Virus record (IMG/VR): IMGVR_UViG_3300046832_000245 | Span: 1-33,976 of that record | Source of the DNA: a virus | Taxonomy: Duplodnaviria; Caudoviricetes | Strand: one strand, 5' to 3' | Length of the DNA stretch: 33,976 bases | In this document: one piece after another, positions 25,406 through 33,557 of the stretch | How the letters are laid out: each line of letters begins with the position of its first letter | How positions within the stretch are numbered: position 1 is the stretch's first letter | Position numbers and translations under genes: made by a program | The notes under the pieces: model-generated | Database searches by the model: none | Seen by the model: the letters and a program-made list of their open reading frames with translations, nothing else | What the model was told of the DNA's origin: nothing

Positions 25406-26164
25406 ATGAGCATACTAAGCTCTATTGCTAAACCAGATGATCGTTCGATCATTTGCACTATAACAGGTGATGCTGGACTTGGAAAAACAAGTTTAGCTGC
25501 CACATTTCCAAAACCTATATTTATCAGAGCTGAAGATGGTTTGCAAGCCATACCAACAGCAACAAGACCTGATGCTTTTCCATTATTATCAAATGTTGAT
25601 ATGTTGTGGGAACAACTAACTGCATTAATCAAGGAAGATCATGATTATAAAACATTGGTTATTGATAGTGTCACTCAGCTTGATAATTTGTTCACAAATC
25701 ACATTGTTGATACTGATCCTAAAAAGCCCAGAACGATTGCCCAAGCACTTGGCGGTTATGGTGCTGGCTTTCAAGCATTGTCAAGTTTGCATGGCAGGGT
25801 TCGCAAAGCTGCTGGCATACTTAATGAAGTCAAGGGTATGAACATTGTGTTCATTGCTCATTCAGAAACAGAAACAATCGAATTACCAGACCAAGATCCA
25901 TACACACGTTATAACATCCGTATGCAGAAGAAGTCTGTAAGTCATTTTATAGATAATGTCGATATGGTTTGTTATCTTAAGCTAGAAACTCATACATTTG
26001 GGGATGGCGAACGTAAAAAAGCAATTAGTGATGGAACTAGAATATTAGTTTCCTATGCAACTGCTGCAAATATAAGTAAAAACCGTTTTGGAATAAACGA
26101 GGACATAGTAGTTGTCAACGGCATAAACCCACTTTTAAATTTAATCCCAAGCATCGGAGCATAA
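25406..26164 (+). CDS. Sak4-like ssDNA-annealing ATPase (AAA_24)
   Basis: Walker A GDAGLGKT, YKTLVIDS, GGYGAG, FIAH, SKNRF; AAGGAG RBS; followed by SSB and exonuclease genes. Confidence 0.88.
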   Translation: MSILSSIAKPDDRSIICTITGDAGLGKTSLAATFPKPIFIRAEDGLQAIPTATRPDAFPLLSNVDMLWEQLTALIKEDHDYKTLVIDSVTQLDNLFTNHIVDTDPKKPRTIAQALGGYGAGFQALSSLHGRVRKAAGILNEVKGMNIVFIAHSETETIELPDQDPYTRYNIRMQKKSVSHFIDNVDMVCYLKLETHTFGDGERKKAISDGTRILVSYATAANISKNRFGINEDIVVVNGINPLLNLIPSIGA

Positions 26165-26168
26165 ACAA

Positions 26169-26681
26169 ATGGCAAACTTTTGGACTACAAGCGACAACAA
26201 AGTAATTACTACAACTGGTGAGTTTTCTTCTGGCGGTACTATTGAAAACATTCCTGACAACACAACTTGCCTAGCATTGATTGATGAAGCTGGATGGGCA
26301 GAATATCAAGGTGATGAATACATTAGTTTACGTTGGGTAATAGCAGAACCTGCTATTTACAAAGGACGTAAAATCTTTCAAAAATTGCGCGTCAATGATA
26401 TTAATACCAAAAAAGCAGATAAAGCTAAGGAAATGTTAATGGCTATAGATGCAAACTGTGGCGGTAAGTTAGCGCAGTCTGATGAAACGCCAAACGATAC
26501 GGCAATGGCTAAAGCTATATTAGAAAAATTAATGTTAATCAAAATTATGATTTGGGATTTAGAAGGCAGAACTGGAAATTGGATTGCTAAAGTTGCTCCA
26601 CGCAAAGGAGCATCTGCACCAGTTAAAGAAGAAGTATCTGCTGAACCAAGCATTGTTGAAATTGATTCAATCCCCTGGTAA
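26169..26681 (+). CDS. Single-stranded DNA-binding protein (DUF669-like)
   Basis: YKGRKIFQKL core and acidic tail ending EIDSIPW; follows the Sak4-like gene. Confidence 0.8.
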   Translation: MANFWTTSDNKVITTTGEFSSGGTIENIPDNTTCLALIDEAGWAEYQGDEYISLRWVIAEPAIYKGRKIFQKLRVNDINTKKADKAKEMLMAIDANCGGKLAQSDETPNDTAMAKAILEKLMLIKIMIWDLEGRTGNWIAKVAPRKGASAPVKEEVSAEPSIVEIDSIPW

Positions 26682-26690
26682 ACAACTAAC

Positions 26691-26710
26691 GCACATGGAT
26701 GTGCATTTTT
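26691..26710 (+). terminator. Short hairpin plus T tract after SSB
   Basis: GCACA-TGGA-TGTGC followed by ATTTTT. Confidence 0.55.
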
Positions 26711-26736
26711 AACTATAACTATAAGAGTAAATAATA

Positions 26737-27600
26737 ATGGAACAACAAAGAACAGAAGAATGGTTTGAAAAACGCAAAGGTCGTATAACTGGTAGTAATG
26801 TTGGTGCAATCTTAGGGTTATCTCCCTTTATGAAACGTGAAGATGTTATGCGTAACATGGTTCGTGATTATCATAATTATCCTAGTGAATTTACTGGTAA
26901 TCCAGCGACTAACTATGGTACTTATCACGAGCCTATTGCGCTGGCTGACTATGAGTTAAAATTTAATAGAAAAGTGGAGCTTACTGGTTTTCACACATAT
27001 GAAGATTGGCTTGGAGCATCACCAGATGGTTTGATTAATGATGATGGTTTGATTGAGATTAAATGCCCCTATGGTCAACGTGATAAAAACCCACCAGAAT
27101 TTAAGTCTATAGATTATCAAACTCATTACTGGCTACAGATACAAATCCAATTATTTGTTACTGGCAGGAAATGGTGTCATTTTTATCAATGGTCTGCACA
27201 CGGTTACATGCTTGAAACAGTGCAATTTAATCCATTAGCTATTGAAGAATATTTACCAAAATTAAAAGACTTCTACAATGAATATCTTGTTGAGCGTGAA
27301 CTTCCACAAGCACAAAAGTATCTTGATGAAAAACGCCAACAGGTAAGATGTGAAGGTCAAGTTGAGCGTTATTTAATGATTGCAGAGCAGATAAAAGAAC
27401 TTGAAGCAGAAAAGAAAAGATTATTGGATGAAATAGTTAAATTAGCTGATGGTAAAGATAGTGAAATTAATGGTCACAAATTAACACAAGTACACCGTGA
27501 AGGCGCTATATCCTACGCTAAAGCCATAAAAGAGCTAATGCCTGATGCAGACCTAACTAAATACCAGTCTGCTCCTAGTAGTTATTGGAGATTGACATGA
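26737..27600 (+). CDS. YqaJ/lambda-exonuclease-family recombination nuclease
   Basis: QRTEEWFEKRKGRITGS, GASPDG, EIKCP, Y..QIQ.Q motifs. Confidence 0.93.
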   Translation: MEQQRTEEWFEKRKGRITGSNVGAILGLSPFMKREDVMRNMVRDYHNYPSEFTGNPATNYGTYHEPIALADYELKFNRKVELTGFHTYEDWLGASPDGLINDDGLIEIKCPYGQRDKNPPEFKSIDYQTHYWLQIQIQLFVTGRKWCHFYQWSAHGYMLETVQFNPLAIEEYLPKLKDFYNEYLVERELPQAQKYLDEKRQQVRCEGQVERYLMIAEQIKELEAEKKRLLDEIVKLADGKDSEINGHKLTQVHREGAISYAKAIKELMPDADLTKYQSAPSSYWRLT

Positions 27601-29081
27601 GTGAATTAATTGAAATATTAATAAAAAGTATAAATGAACTTGATTTAGAAAAAAAAATAATTGCAATAAATGAAGTTAGAGAAAAAATACATTTAATAAG
27701 TCCTTTTAAAAATGAACCTGTTGATTTTGTTAAATGGGTTAAAAATGAAAACGTATATCAAAATGATTACAATCCAAATAGTGTTGCTCCACCAGAAATG
27801 GAGTTACTTAGATTATCTATTTCAGAAGATGGATATACACAACCTATAGTTTCTATGCCCGATGAAAGTGAAAAATATGAAGTTATTGACGGTTTTCATA
27901 GGCATAGAGTTGGAAAAGAATGTAAAGACATACAAGAAAAAATACTTGGATATCTTCCTATTGTACAAATAAGAGAAGATCAAAAAGATAAAACAGACAG
28001 AATGGCATCAACTATTAGGCATAACAGAGCAAGAGGAAAACATAAAGTTGAATCTATGTCTGACATTGTTATTGAGCTTAGTAGAAGAAACTGGTCTGAT
28101 GAAAAAATAGCTAAAAATCTTGGAATGGATTCTGATGAAGTTTTAAGATTAAAACAAATAAGCGGATTAGCTGAAATGTTTTTAGATGAAGATTTTTCTG
28201 AAGCATGGGATGAAGAAAAAAAAGATATATGGGTAAGGCAAAAGCCAAAACTTGCTGCTAAATGTGAAGATTATCCATTTTATCAGCCAAATATGGAATT
28301 CGAAGAATTAACTGTTTTGTTTGGATTATGGTATGCACAAGGAAAAACATGCGCTGGATTAATTGGGATAAGAGCAGATGAAAGTTTAAATAGATATAGA
28401 ACTGTTGCTGTATTTGATAAAAAAATGCATGGAAATAATAGATATACAACTTATATAGGCGACAATTTGTTTAATGTTTATCCAATTTATGATTGGAAAA
28501 CAGAAGATATATGGAGATTTCATTCTAAGTTTAAAAACTTACCAAGCAATAAAATATATAACCATATGCACAAAGCTGGTGTTCCAATAAGCCAGCAAAG
28601 ACTTTGTCAACCTTATGGAGATGATCAAAAAAAAGGATTATGGTTGTATCACATCCTTGAGCCTGAAACTTGGTTTAAATTAATAGCTAGAGTAAATGGA
28701 GCTAATTCAGGCGCACTTTATGTTCAAGAATCAGGCAATATAACTGGAAGAAATAAAATATCTAAACCTGAAAATCATACTTGGAAAAGTTTTTGTAATT
28801 TATTATTAAAGTCTTTGCCTAAAAAAAATAGAGATCATTATATAAAGCGATTTAGAGTTTTTATTAAAGGATGGAAACTAAGAGGATATAACGAAATACC
28901 TGATTTTGCTCCAAAGACTCTTGAAGATAAACAATGGGCGCCATCATATAGAAGATTATGCAAAGTTTTGTTAAGAAATGATTATTGGTGCAAAGATCTT
29001 GGATTAACTCAACCAAAAAGTGATGCTTATGGAAAATACTTGCAGTTAAAAAAACAAAAAATAGTTGGCATTGAAGCATGA
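27597..29081 (+). CDS. Fusion of complete IbrB/YbdM-like ParB domain to the C-terminal part of an IbrA/YbdN-like (PAPS reductase family, DUF3440) protein
   Basis: NDYNPNSVAPPEM, DGYTQPIV, VIDGFHR, STIRHNRARGKH (IbrB); then GIRADESLNR, YPIYDW, QRLCQPYG, EPETW, LLRNDYWC (IbrA). ATGA coupling suggests the start is 27597. Confidence 0.85.
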   Translation: MSELIEILIKSINELDLEKKIIAINEVREKIHLISPFKNEPVDFVKWVKNENVYQNDYNPNSVAPPEMELLRLSISEDGYTQPIVSMPDESEKYEVIDGFHRHRVGKECKDIQEKILGYLPIVQIREDQKDKTDRMASTIRHNRARGKHKVESMSDIVIELSRRNWSDEKIAKNLGMDSDEVLRLKQISGLAEMFLDEDFSEAWDEEKKDIWVRQKPKLAAKCEDYPFYQPNMEFEELTVLFGLWYAQGKTCAGLIGIRADESLNRYRTVAVFDKKMHGNNRYTTYIGDNLFNVYPIYDWKTEDIWRFHSKFKNLPSNKIYNHMHKAGVPISQQRLCQPYGDDQKKGLWLYHILEPETWFKLIARVNGANSGALYVQESGNITGRNKISKPENHTWKSFCNLLLKSLPKKNRDHYIKRFRVFIKGWKLRGYNEIPDFAPKTLEDKQWAPSYRRLCKVLLRNDYWCKDLGLTQPKSDAYGKYLQLKKQKIVGIEA

Positions 29082-30856
29082 AACTCCGCCCATACCAACA
29101 ACAAGCACATGATGCAGCTATAGATTGGATAAAGAAATGTACTGATCCTTGCGTATTAGAATTGCCAACAGGGAGTGGCAAATCTTTAATTGTTGCAGCA
29201 ATAGCCAACACATTGCACCAAGTTAGTGGTGGCAAACATATATTATGCCTTGTCCCATCAAAAGAGCTGTTAGAACAAAATGCAGAAAAATATAGAGATA
29301 CTGGCAATCAATGCAGTTTGTTTAGTGCCAGTGTTGGTGAAACTTGTTTAAAACATCCAGTTGTTTTTGGAACACCAGTTAGTGTTAAAAATAAAATTCA
29401 TCGTTTTGGTTCTAAATTCTGTGCGGTTGTACTTGATGAAGCACATCGTATCACACCAACAGTTAAAAGTATTATTGAATCTTTAGTTGCTTGTAATCCT
29501 AATCTGCGTGTAATAGGTCTTAGTGCTACTCCATACAGACTTGGTGATGGATATATATATAGAATGGATGAGAATGGCAATGCTTATGGAAATGATAAAA
29601 CTAAGAACCCTTATTTTACTGCAAGAGTATTTACCGTTTACGCTCGTGATCTGATCCAGCAAGGATATTTAACACAGCCTGTTATTGGTGCAATTAATTC
29701 AGGTCATTATGAAACATTAGATATGCAGCTTAATAGCATGGGTAAGTTTGCAAAGGCAGACGTTGATAGAGCCTATCATGGTCAAGGAAGGCTAACCAGT
29801 GCGATTGTAGGTGATATTGTTTCGCAAGCAGTAAATAGACAAGGTGTGATGATTTTTGCTGCTACAGTGCAACATGCTCACGAGGTTATGCAGTCTTTAC
29901 CACCAAGTTTATCTTGCATAGTTACAGGAGAAACACCTAAGTTGGAACGTGAACAAATACTGCGAAAATTCAAGTCTAAGCAATTAAAATATTTAGTTAA
30001 TGTTTCTGTGCTTTGTGTTGGCTTTGACTGTGTACACGTTGATTTAATAGCTATTTTAAGAGCTACAGAGTCAGTTAGTTTACTTCAACAAATAATAGGA
30101 AGAGGACTTAGAATTGATAACAACAAAGATGACTGTCTGATTCTTGATTATGCAGAAAATATTAGTCGTCATTGTACTGATGGGGATTTGTTTAATCCAG
30201 AAATTGAAGCATCAAGTAATTGTGGAGCTGGTGAAGCAATAGAAGCACAATGTCCAGAGTGCAGAGCAATAAATCAGTTTGCACCAGTAATTAATGAAGC
30301 AAAACATGAGATTGACATTAATGGATATTTTATTGATCTTGAAGGAATACGACTAGAAACAGAATATGGAGATATGCCAGCCCATCATGGCAGAAGATGC
30401 TTTGGTCAAGTAATGAACAAAATAATTAGAAAGCAAGTTAGATGCCCATATAGATGGACTTTTAAACCATGCCCACATTGTGAAGAAGAGAATGACATTA
30501 CTGCACGTTATTGCTGTAGTTGCAAAGGTGAATTGATTGATCCAAACAGTAAGTTAATTGCAGACTTCCAAATGAAAAAGAAAGACCCAACGCAAATACA
30601 GACTGACAAAGTTGTTGCAATGCGTGCAACACCTACACTAAGCAAAGCAGGTAACGAGTGCATAAGAGTTGATTTTATAACTGAATATAGATCATTCCCT
30701 GTTTGGTTTACGATGAAAATGCAGAGTAGCTATGATGCTTTTATGAAGTTTACAGATAATGGTTTTACAACACCAAATACTATCACTTATAAAAAGAGTG
30801 GTGATTTTTTTAGGATATACGATTACAACAGGACAGCCGATGAAGTTCCACAGTGA
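29078..30856 (+). CDS. SF2 DNA helicase (RadD/YejH-like) with C-terminal CxxC motifs
   Basis: LRPYQ, LPTGSGKS, DEAH, SATP, QIIGRGLR; CPEC, CPHC, CCSC. Confidence 0.93.
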   Translation: MKLRPYQQQAHDAAIDWIKKCTDPCVLELPTGSGKSLIVAAIANTLHQVSGGKHILCLVPSKELLEQNAEKYRDTGNQCSLFSASVGETCLKHPVVFGTPVSVKNKIHRFGSKFCAVVLDEAHRITPTVKSIIESLVACNPNLRVIGLSATPYRLGDGYIYRMDENGNAYGNDKTKNPYFTARVFTVYARDLIQQGYLTQPVIGAINSGHYETLDMQLNSMGKFAKADVDRAYHGQGRLTSAIVGDIVSQAVNRQGVMIFAATVQHAHEVMQSLPPSLSCIVTGETPKLEREQILRKFKSKQLKYLVNVSVLCVGFDCVHVDLIAILRATESVSLLQQIIGRGLRIDNNKDDCLILDYAENISRHCTDGDLFNPEIEASSNCGAGEAIEAQCPECRAINQFAPVINEAKHEIDINGYFIDLEGIRLETEYGDMPAHHGRRCFGQVMNKIIRKQVRCPYRWTFKPCPHCEEENDITARYCCSCKGELIDPNSKLIADFQMKKKDPTQIQTDKVVAMRATPTLSKAGNECIRVDFITEYRSFPVWFTMKMQSSYDAFMKFTDNGFTTPNTITYKKSGDFFRIYDYNRTADEVPQ

Positions 30857-31262
30857 TATACAAGTTTTTGGTGATATTGAATTTAGAGGTGAATGTCCTT
30901 CTGAAGCTGCTGAAGCAGTAACATTCTTTGCAAAGTTAAGGAGAGAATATCCTGATAGTTATGGAAAGATTGCTACGCACATTAGGAATGAAGGATTGCG
31001 AACTTTCTACCAGGCAACTAAACAAAAGAGTGAAGGAATGGTGAAAGGCGCACCAGATATTATTATTCCAGCAAGCGTTGCGTTCGTCTGTGAATTAAAA
31101 CGACAAGATCATACACGTTCAAAATGGCAAGATGGACAGGTTGAATACCTGCTGGAAGCCCAGAAACAGGGAGCTTTTGTCTGTATTGGTCTAGGTTATG
31201 TTGGCGCATATGAAGCATTTATTTTCTGGAAAGATAAAAAATATTTGCAAAACGATAAATAA
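30840..31262 (+). CDS. VRR-NUC (PD-D/ExK) nuclease
   Basis: H.RNEG...EGMVKGAPDIII...ELKR...Q pattern; likely start at MKFHSD (30840). Confidence 0.85.
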   Translation: MKFHSDIQVFGDIEFRGECPSEAAEAVTFFAKLRREYPDSYGKIATHIRNEGLRTFYQATKQKSEGMVKGAPDIIIPASVAFVCELKRQDHTRSKWQDGQVEYLLEAQKQGAFVCIGLGYVGAYEAFIFWKDKKYLQNDK

Positions 31263-31273
31263 TTGATTAATCT
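31245..31273 (+). promoter_or_regulatory. sigma70-like early promoter
   Basis: TTGCAA-17 bp-TAATCT preceded by an A-rich tract; same -35 hexamer as at 25330. Confidence 0.6.
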
Positions 31274-31311
31274 ATGCCCAACTTAACAAGAAATACAAAG
31301 GGGTAAATAAG

Positions 31312-31929
31312 ATGAGAATTAAAATATTAAAATCCGAAGCGTATAGTTACGAAGACTGCGATATTATCGCAGGTAAGTTTACAGCTTTTGGATGGGTTAC
31401 TACCATCCAGATCATGGATGATCATCGTGCTGTAATATCGCACGGCAACCGAGACACAGCGGTTATGGGAGACGCTGGTAAAATCTACGAGTTGGGAAAC
31501 TCTAGGTATACAGAACAACCTGAACTCATGTTCAGTTTGTTTTTGGGTGGTGAAAAAATGCCACTCGAAATTGTGTCGGAAGTTTTAAATCTGACACAAC
31601 ACACCGCAACCGAAGAACAGGGTTGCATTGAACCCATTAACAAGGGAGCAGTACAATCTGCTCTAACTTTTGACGCTATACCAAGCGTTGAAGAGATGGA
31701 AGATAGGGCTTCCTTTTTAGTAAAAATTTGCAAGGAAGCAAATGTTACAAGTGCTATGATTGGTGGCGCACCTTTTTTTATGTCAACACTTGAAAAAGCG
31801 TTGTTGTCTAACGGCATACAGCCTTTGTATGCTTTTTCTGAACGTGTTTCAGAAGAAGTTATTAGTGCTGACGGCACTGTAACTAAAACTAACGTGTTTA
31901 AGCACGTTGGATTTGTAAAAATTAAATAA
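31312..31929 (+). CDS. Two-part hypothetical protein; C-terminal Rossmann-like NLTQH domain
   Basis: ORF track; C-terminal LNLTQH...LTFD...AMIGGAPF...LYAFSER...VFKHVGF; possible internal start at 31558. Confidence 0.75.
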   Translation: MRIKILKSEAYSYEDCDIIAGKFTAFGWVTTIQIMDDHRAVISHGNRDTAVMGDAGKIYELGNSRYTEQPELMFSLFLGGEKMPLEIVSEVLNLTQHTATEEQGCIEPINKGAVQSALTFDAIPSVEEMEDRASFLVKICKEANVTSAMIGGAPFFMSTLEKALLSNGIQPLYAFSERVSEEVISADGTVTKTNVFKHVGFVKIK

Positions 31930-31977
31930 CCGCCCCAAGGATTGGGCATTAACTACAACTATAAAGAGAAGAACGAC

Positions 31978-32199
31978 ATGAACAATAAAACAGCAATTAT
32001 ATTAATACTATCAGCCTTTACAATAGGTGGTTTTATTGGCGCAACATACACCAATAACGACAAATCTAGCGTAATCCACAAAACCAGATCAGGTGCATTT
32101 ATTATTCAAAAGAATATAAAAGGTGAAGAGCAGATTTACCAAGTGCTAGAGTTACCTAGCAATGTTCCTTCATTTGTAACCCCAAGAGGTGAGTTCTAA
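31978..32199 (+). CDS. Small membrane-anchored protein
   Basis: MNNKTAIILILSAFTIGGFIGA N-terminal TM; ATG at 31978 with GAG upstream. Confidence 0.65.
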   Translation: MNNKTAIILILSAFTIGGFIGATYTNNDKSSVIHKTRSGAFIIQKNIKGEEQIYQVLELPSNVPSFVTPRGEF

Positions 32200-32534
32200 T
32201 GGAAGGTCCAGTAACATACGATTGCATGGCAGAAGAGTTTGAGTATGAGTATGATGATGATCAAATTGGCATACAACTTCAAGTAGATGATCTGGTTGAT
32301 AACATGCTAACCGATTGTGAAATTGGTGGTACTATGATCGCACAATCTTTTGTTGATTATTGCCAAGCATTAATTAATGGCGAGATCATCGACAGCGATG
32401 GTTCAGAGTTTTTTCAAATCATAGAACATGCGGTTATTTCGCCAAGATTTGAAGATCGCCATGAGCCAATCAACCAACTTATTCAAACTGCTATGCACTG
32501 GCAGGCATTGAAAACAGTTACATCCTTAGGGTAG
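32199..32534 (+). CDS. Highly acidic protein (111 aa)
   Basis: Hand count 23 Asp/Glu against 3 Lys/Arg; GAGGTGA upstream. Confidence 0.75.
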   Translation: MEGPVTYDCMAEEFEYEYDDDQIGIQLQVDDLVDNMLTDCEIGGTMIAQSFVDYCQALINGEIIDSDGSEFFQIIEHAVISPRFEDRHEPINQLIQTAMHWQALKTVTSLG

Positions 32535-32543
32535 AAACCACTC

Positions 32544-32570
32544 GCCCAGCTTATGACTGGGCATTTTTTT
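32544..32570 (+). terminator. Rho-independent terminator
   Basis: GCCCAG-7 nt-CTGGGC followed by ATTTTTTT. Confidence 0.8.
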
Positions 32571-32580
32571 GGATAAGATT

Positions 32581-32694
32581 ATGAAAGACTATAAAAATAA
32601 ACCAGTACACACATTTACCAAACATCAAGAAATACAAATCTGGTGTTTGATTGCAGCAGGAATTATTTTAGCTATTGAGGCATGGTTACAATGA
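32581..32694 (+). CDS. Small TM protein (37 aa)
   Basis: Manual translation MKDYKNKPVHTFTKHQEIQIWCLIAAGIILAIEAWLQ*; ATGA overlap with the next gene. Confidence 0.55.
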   Translation: MKDYKNKPVHTFTKHQEIQIWCLIAAGIILAIEAWLQ

Positions 32695-33137
32695 CACCAG
32701 AAGAACGCAAAGAAAAGCAAAGAGTTAGAATGTTGGAATATTATCACAGGAATAAGAAAGCTATAAATGTAAGAGTTGTTGCAAAACGTAAGTCAGATAA
32801 ATTGAAAGAACTAAATGTTGTTGTGAAAATAAATCAAAAAAACATAACCAAGAAAGAAATAATGGCATTAATTGGTGTTACAGCGTTAGTGTTGGATAGA
32901 ATTAGCAAAGATAAGAAGTATTGTATGCCAAAACAGGTTGCCACGCATATTGATGGCACTGTGTTGTTTAACAGAGCTGAAATAATGGAATGGTTGCCAT
33001 ACGCCCGTGAAGCTTGTGCTTTTATTAAAAAAACTAAACCAATCAAATTAACTGGCATGGCAGCGCAGATTGTTGAGTTTATGCGTAAAAATAAGGAGAT
33101 AGAGTTATATTGCAATGAACTAAGGAGAAAGTTGTGA
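32691..33137 (+). CDS. DNA-binding protein with AlpA/Xis-like winged HTH
   Basis: ITKKEIMALIGVT....DRI......MPK.........LFNRAEIMEW fits the AlpA/excisionase pattern; basic N-terminal helix. Confidence 0.6.
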   Translation: MTPEERKEKQRVRMLEYYHRNKKAINVRVVAKRKSDKLKELNVVVKINQKNITKKEIMALIGVTALVLDRISKDKKYCMPKQVATHIDGTVLFNRAEIMEWLPYAREACAFIKKTKPIKLTGMAAQIVEFMRKNKEIELYCNELRRKL

Positions 33138-33382
33138 AGAGGGATTTTGATTGGGCAATAATGATAATAAAACTTGAGCAAGAAGGTTTATCACAAATAG
33201 AAATATCAAGATTAACAGGCGTATCAACAGGTACATTGTCACCCATAAAAACAGAGTCTAAAGACGCTCCAAAGGCTTGGAATGACGCAATAAATCTGCT
33301 TGATTTATATATTAAATATTTTGGAAGTAATGTTCCTAGAATTGGTGACTATTATGAAAATGAGATATCCACTGCCGAATGA
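33134..33382 (+). CDS. XRE/Cro-like HTH protein
   Basis: GLSQIEISRLTGVSTGTLS; AAGGAG RBS; GTGA overlap with the previous gene. Confidence 0.75.
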   Translation: MKRDFDWAIMIIKLEQEGLSQIEISRLTGVSTGTLSPIKTESKDAPKAWNDAINLLDLYIKYFGSNVPRIGDYYENEISTAE

Positions 33383-33557
33383 AAACGCACGTTGCTTAGG
33401 TAGCAACTGCGATAAAAAAGAAAATTGTGCAAGGTATTTAAGTATAGAAATTGACACCAAAGATTATTTTTGGCATGGAGATTTTAAAAAAGAATTAAAA
33501 CAACATGAATGTGATTTTTTTATAGATTTTAGAAATGGTAATTATTATGAAAACTAA
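33354..33557 (+). CDS. Small Cys-containing hypothetical protein
   Basis: ARCLGSNCDKKENCARY...CDFF, four Cys, possible metal binding; start at 33354 or 33360. Confidence 0.65.
   Translation: MKMRYPLPNENARCLGSNCDKKENCARYLSIEIDTKDYFWHGDFKKELKQHECDFFIDFRNGNYYEN

Noticed and set aside
27597-29081. Complete Dnd/Ssp phosphorothioation system or functional PAPS reductase
   Set aside because: No PP-loop, and no cysteine desulfurase or DndD/DndE-like partner in the window.
24231-33181. Opposite-strand track ORFs (24231-24608, 25369-25632, 26378-26809, 28864-29307, 31485-31949, 32834-33181)
   Set aside because: They lie antisense to well-supported genes and show no motifs.
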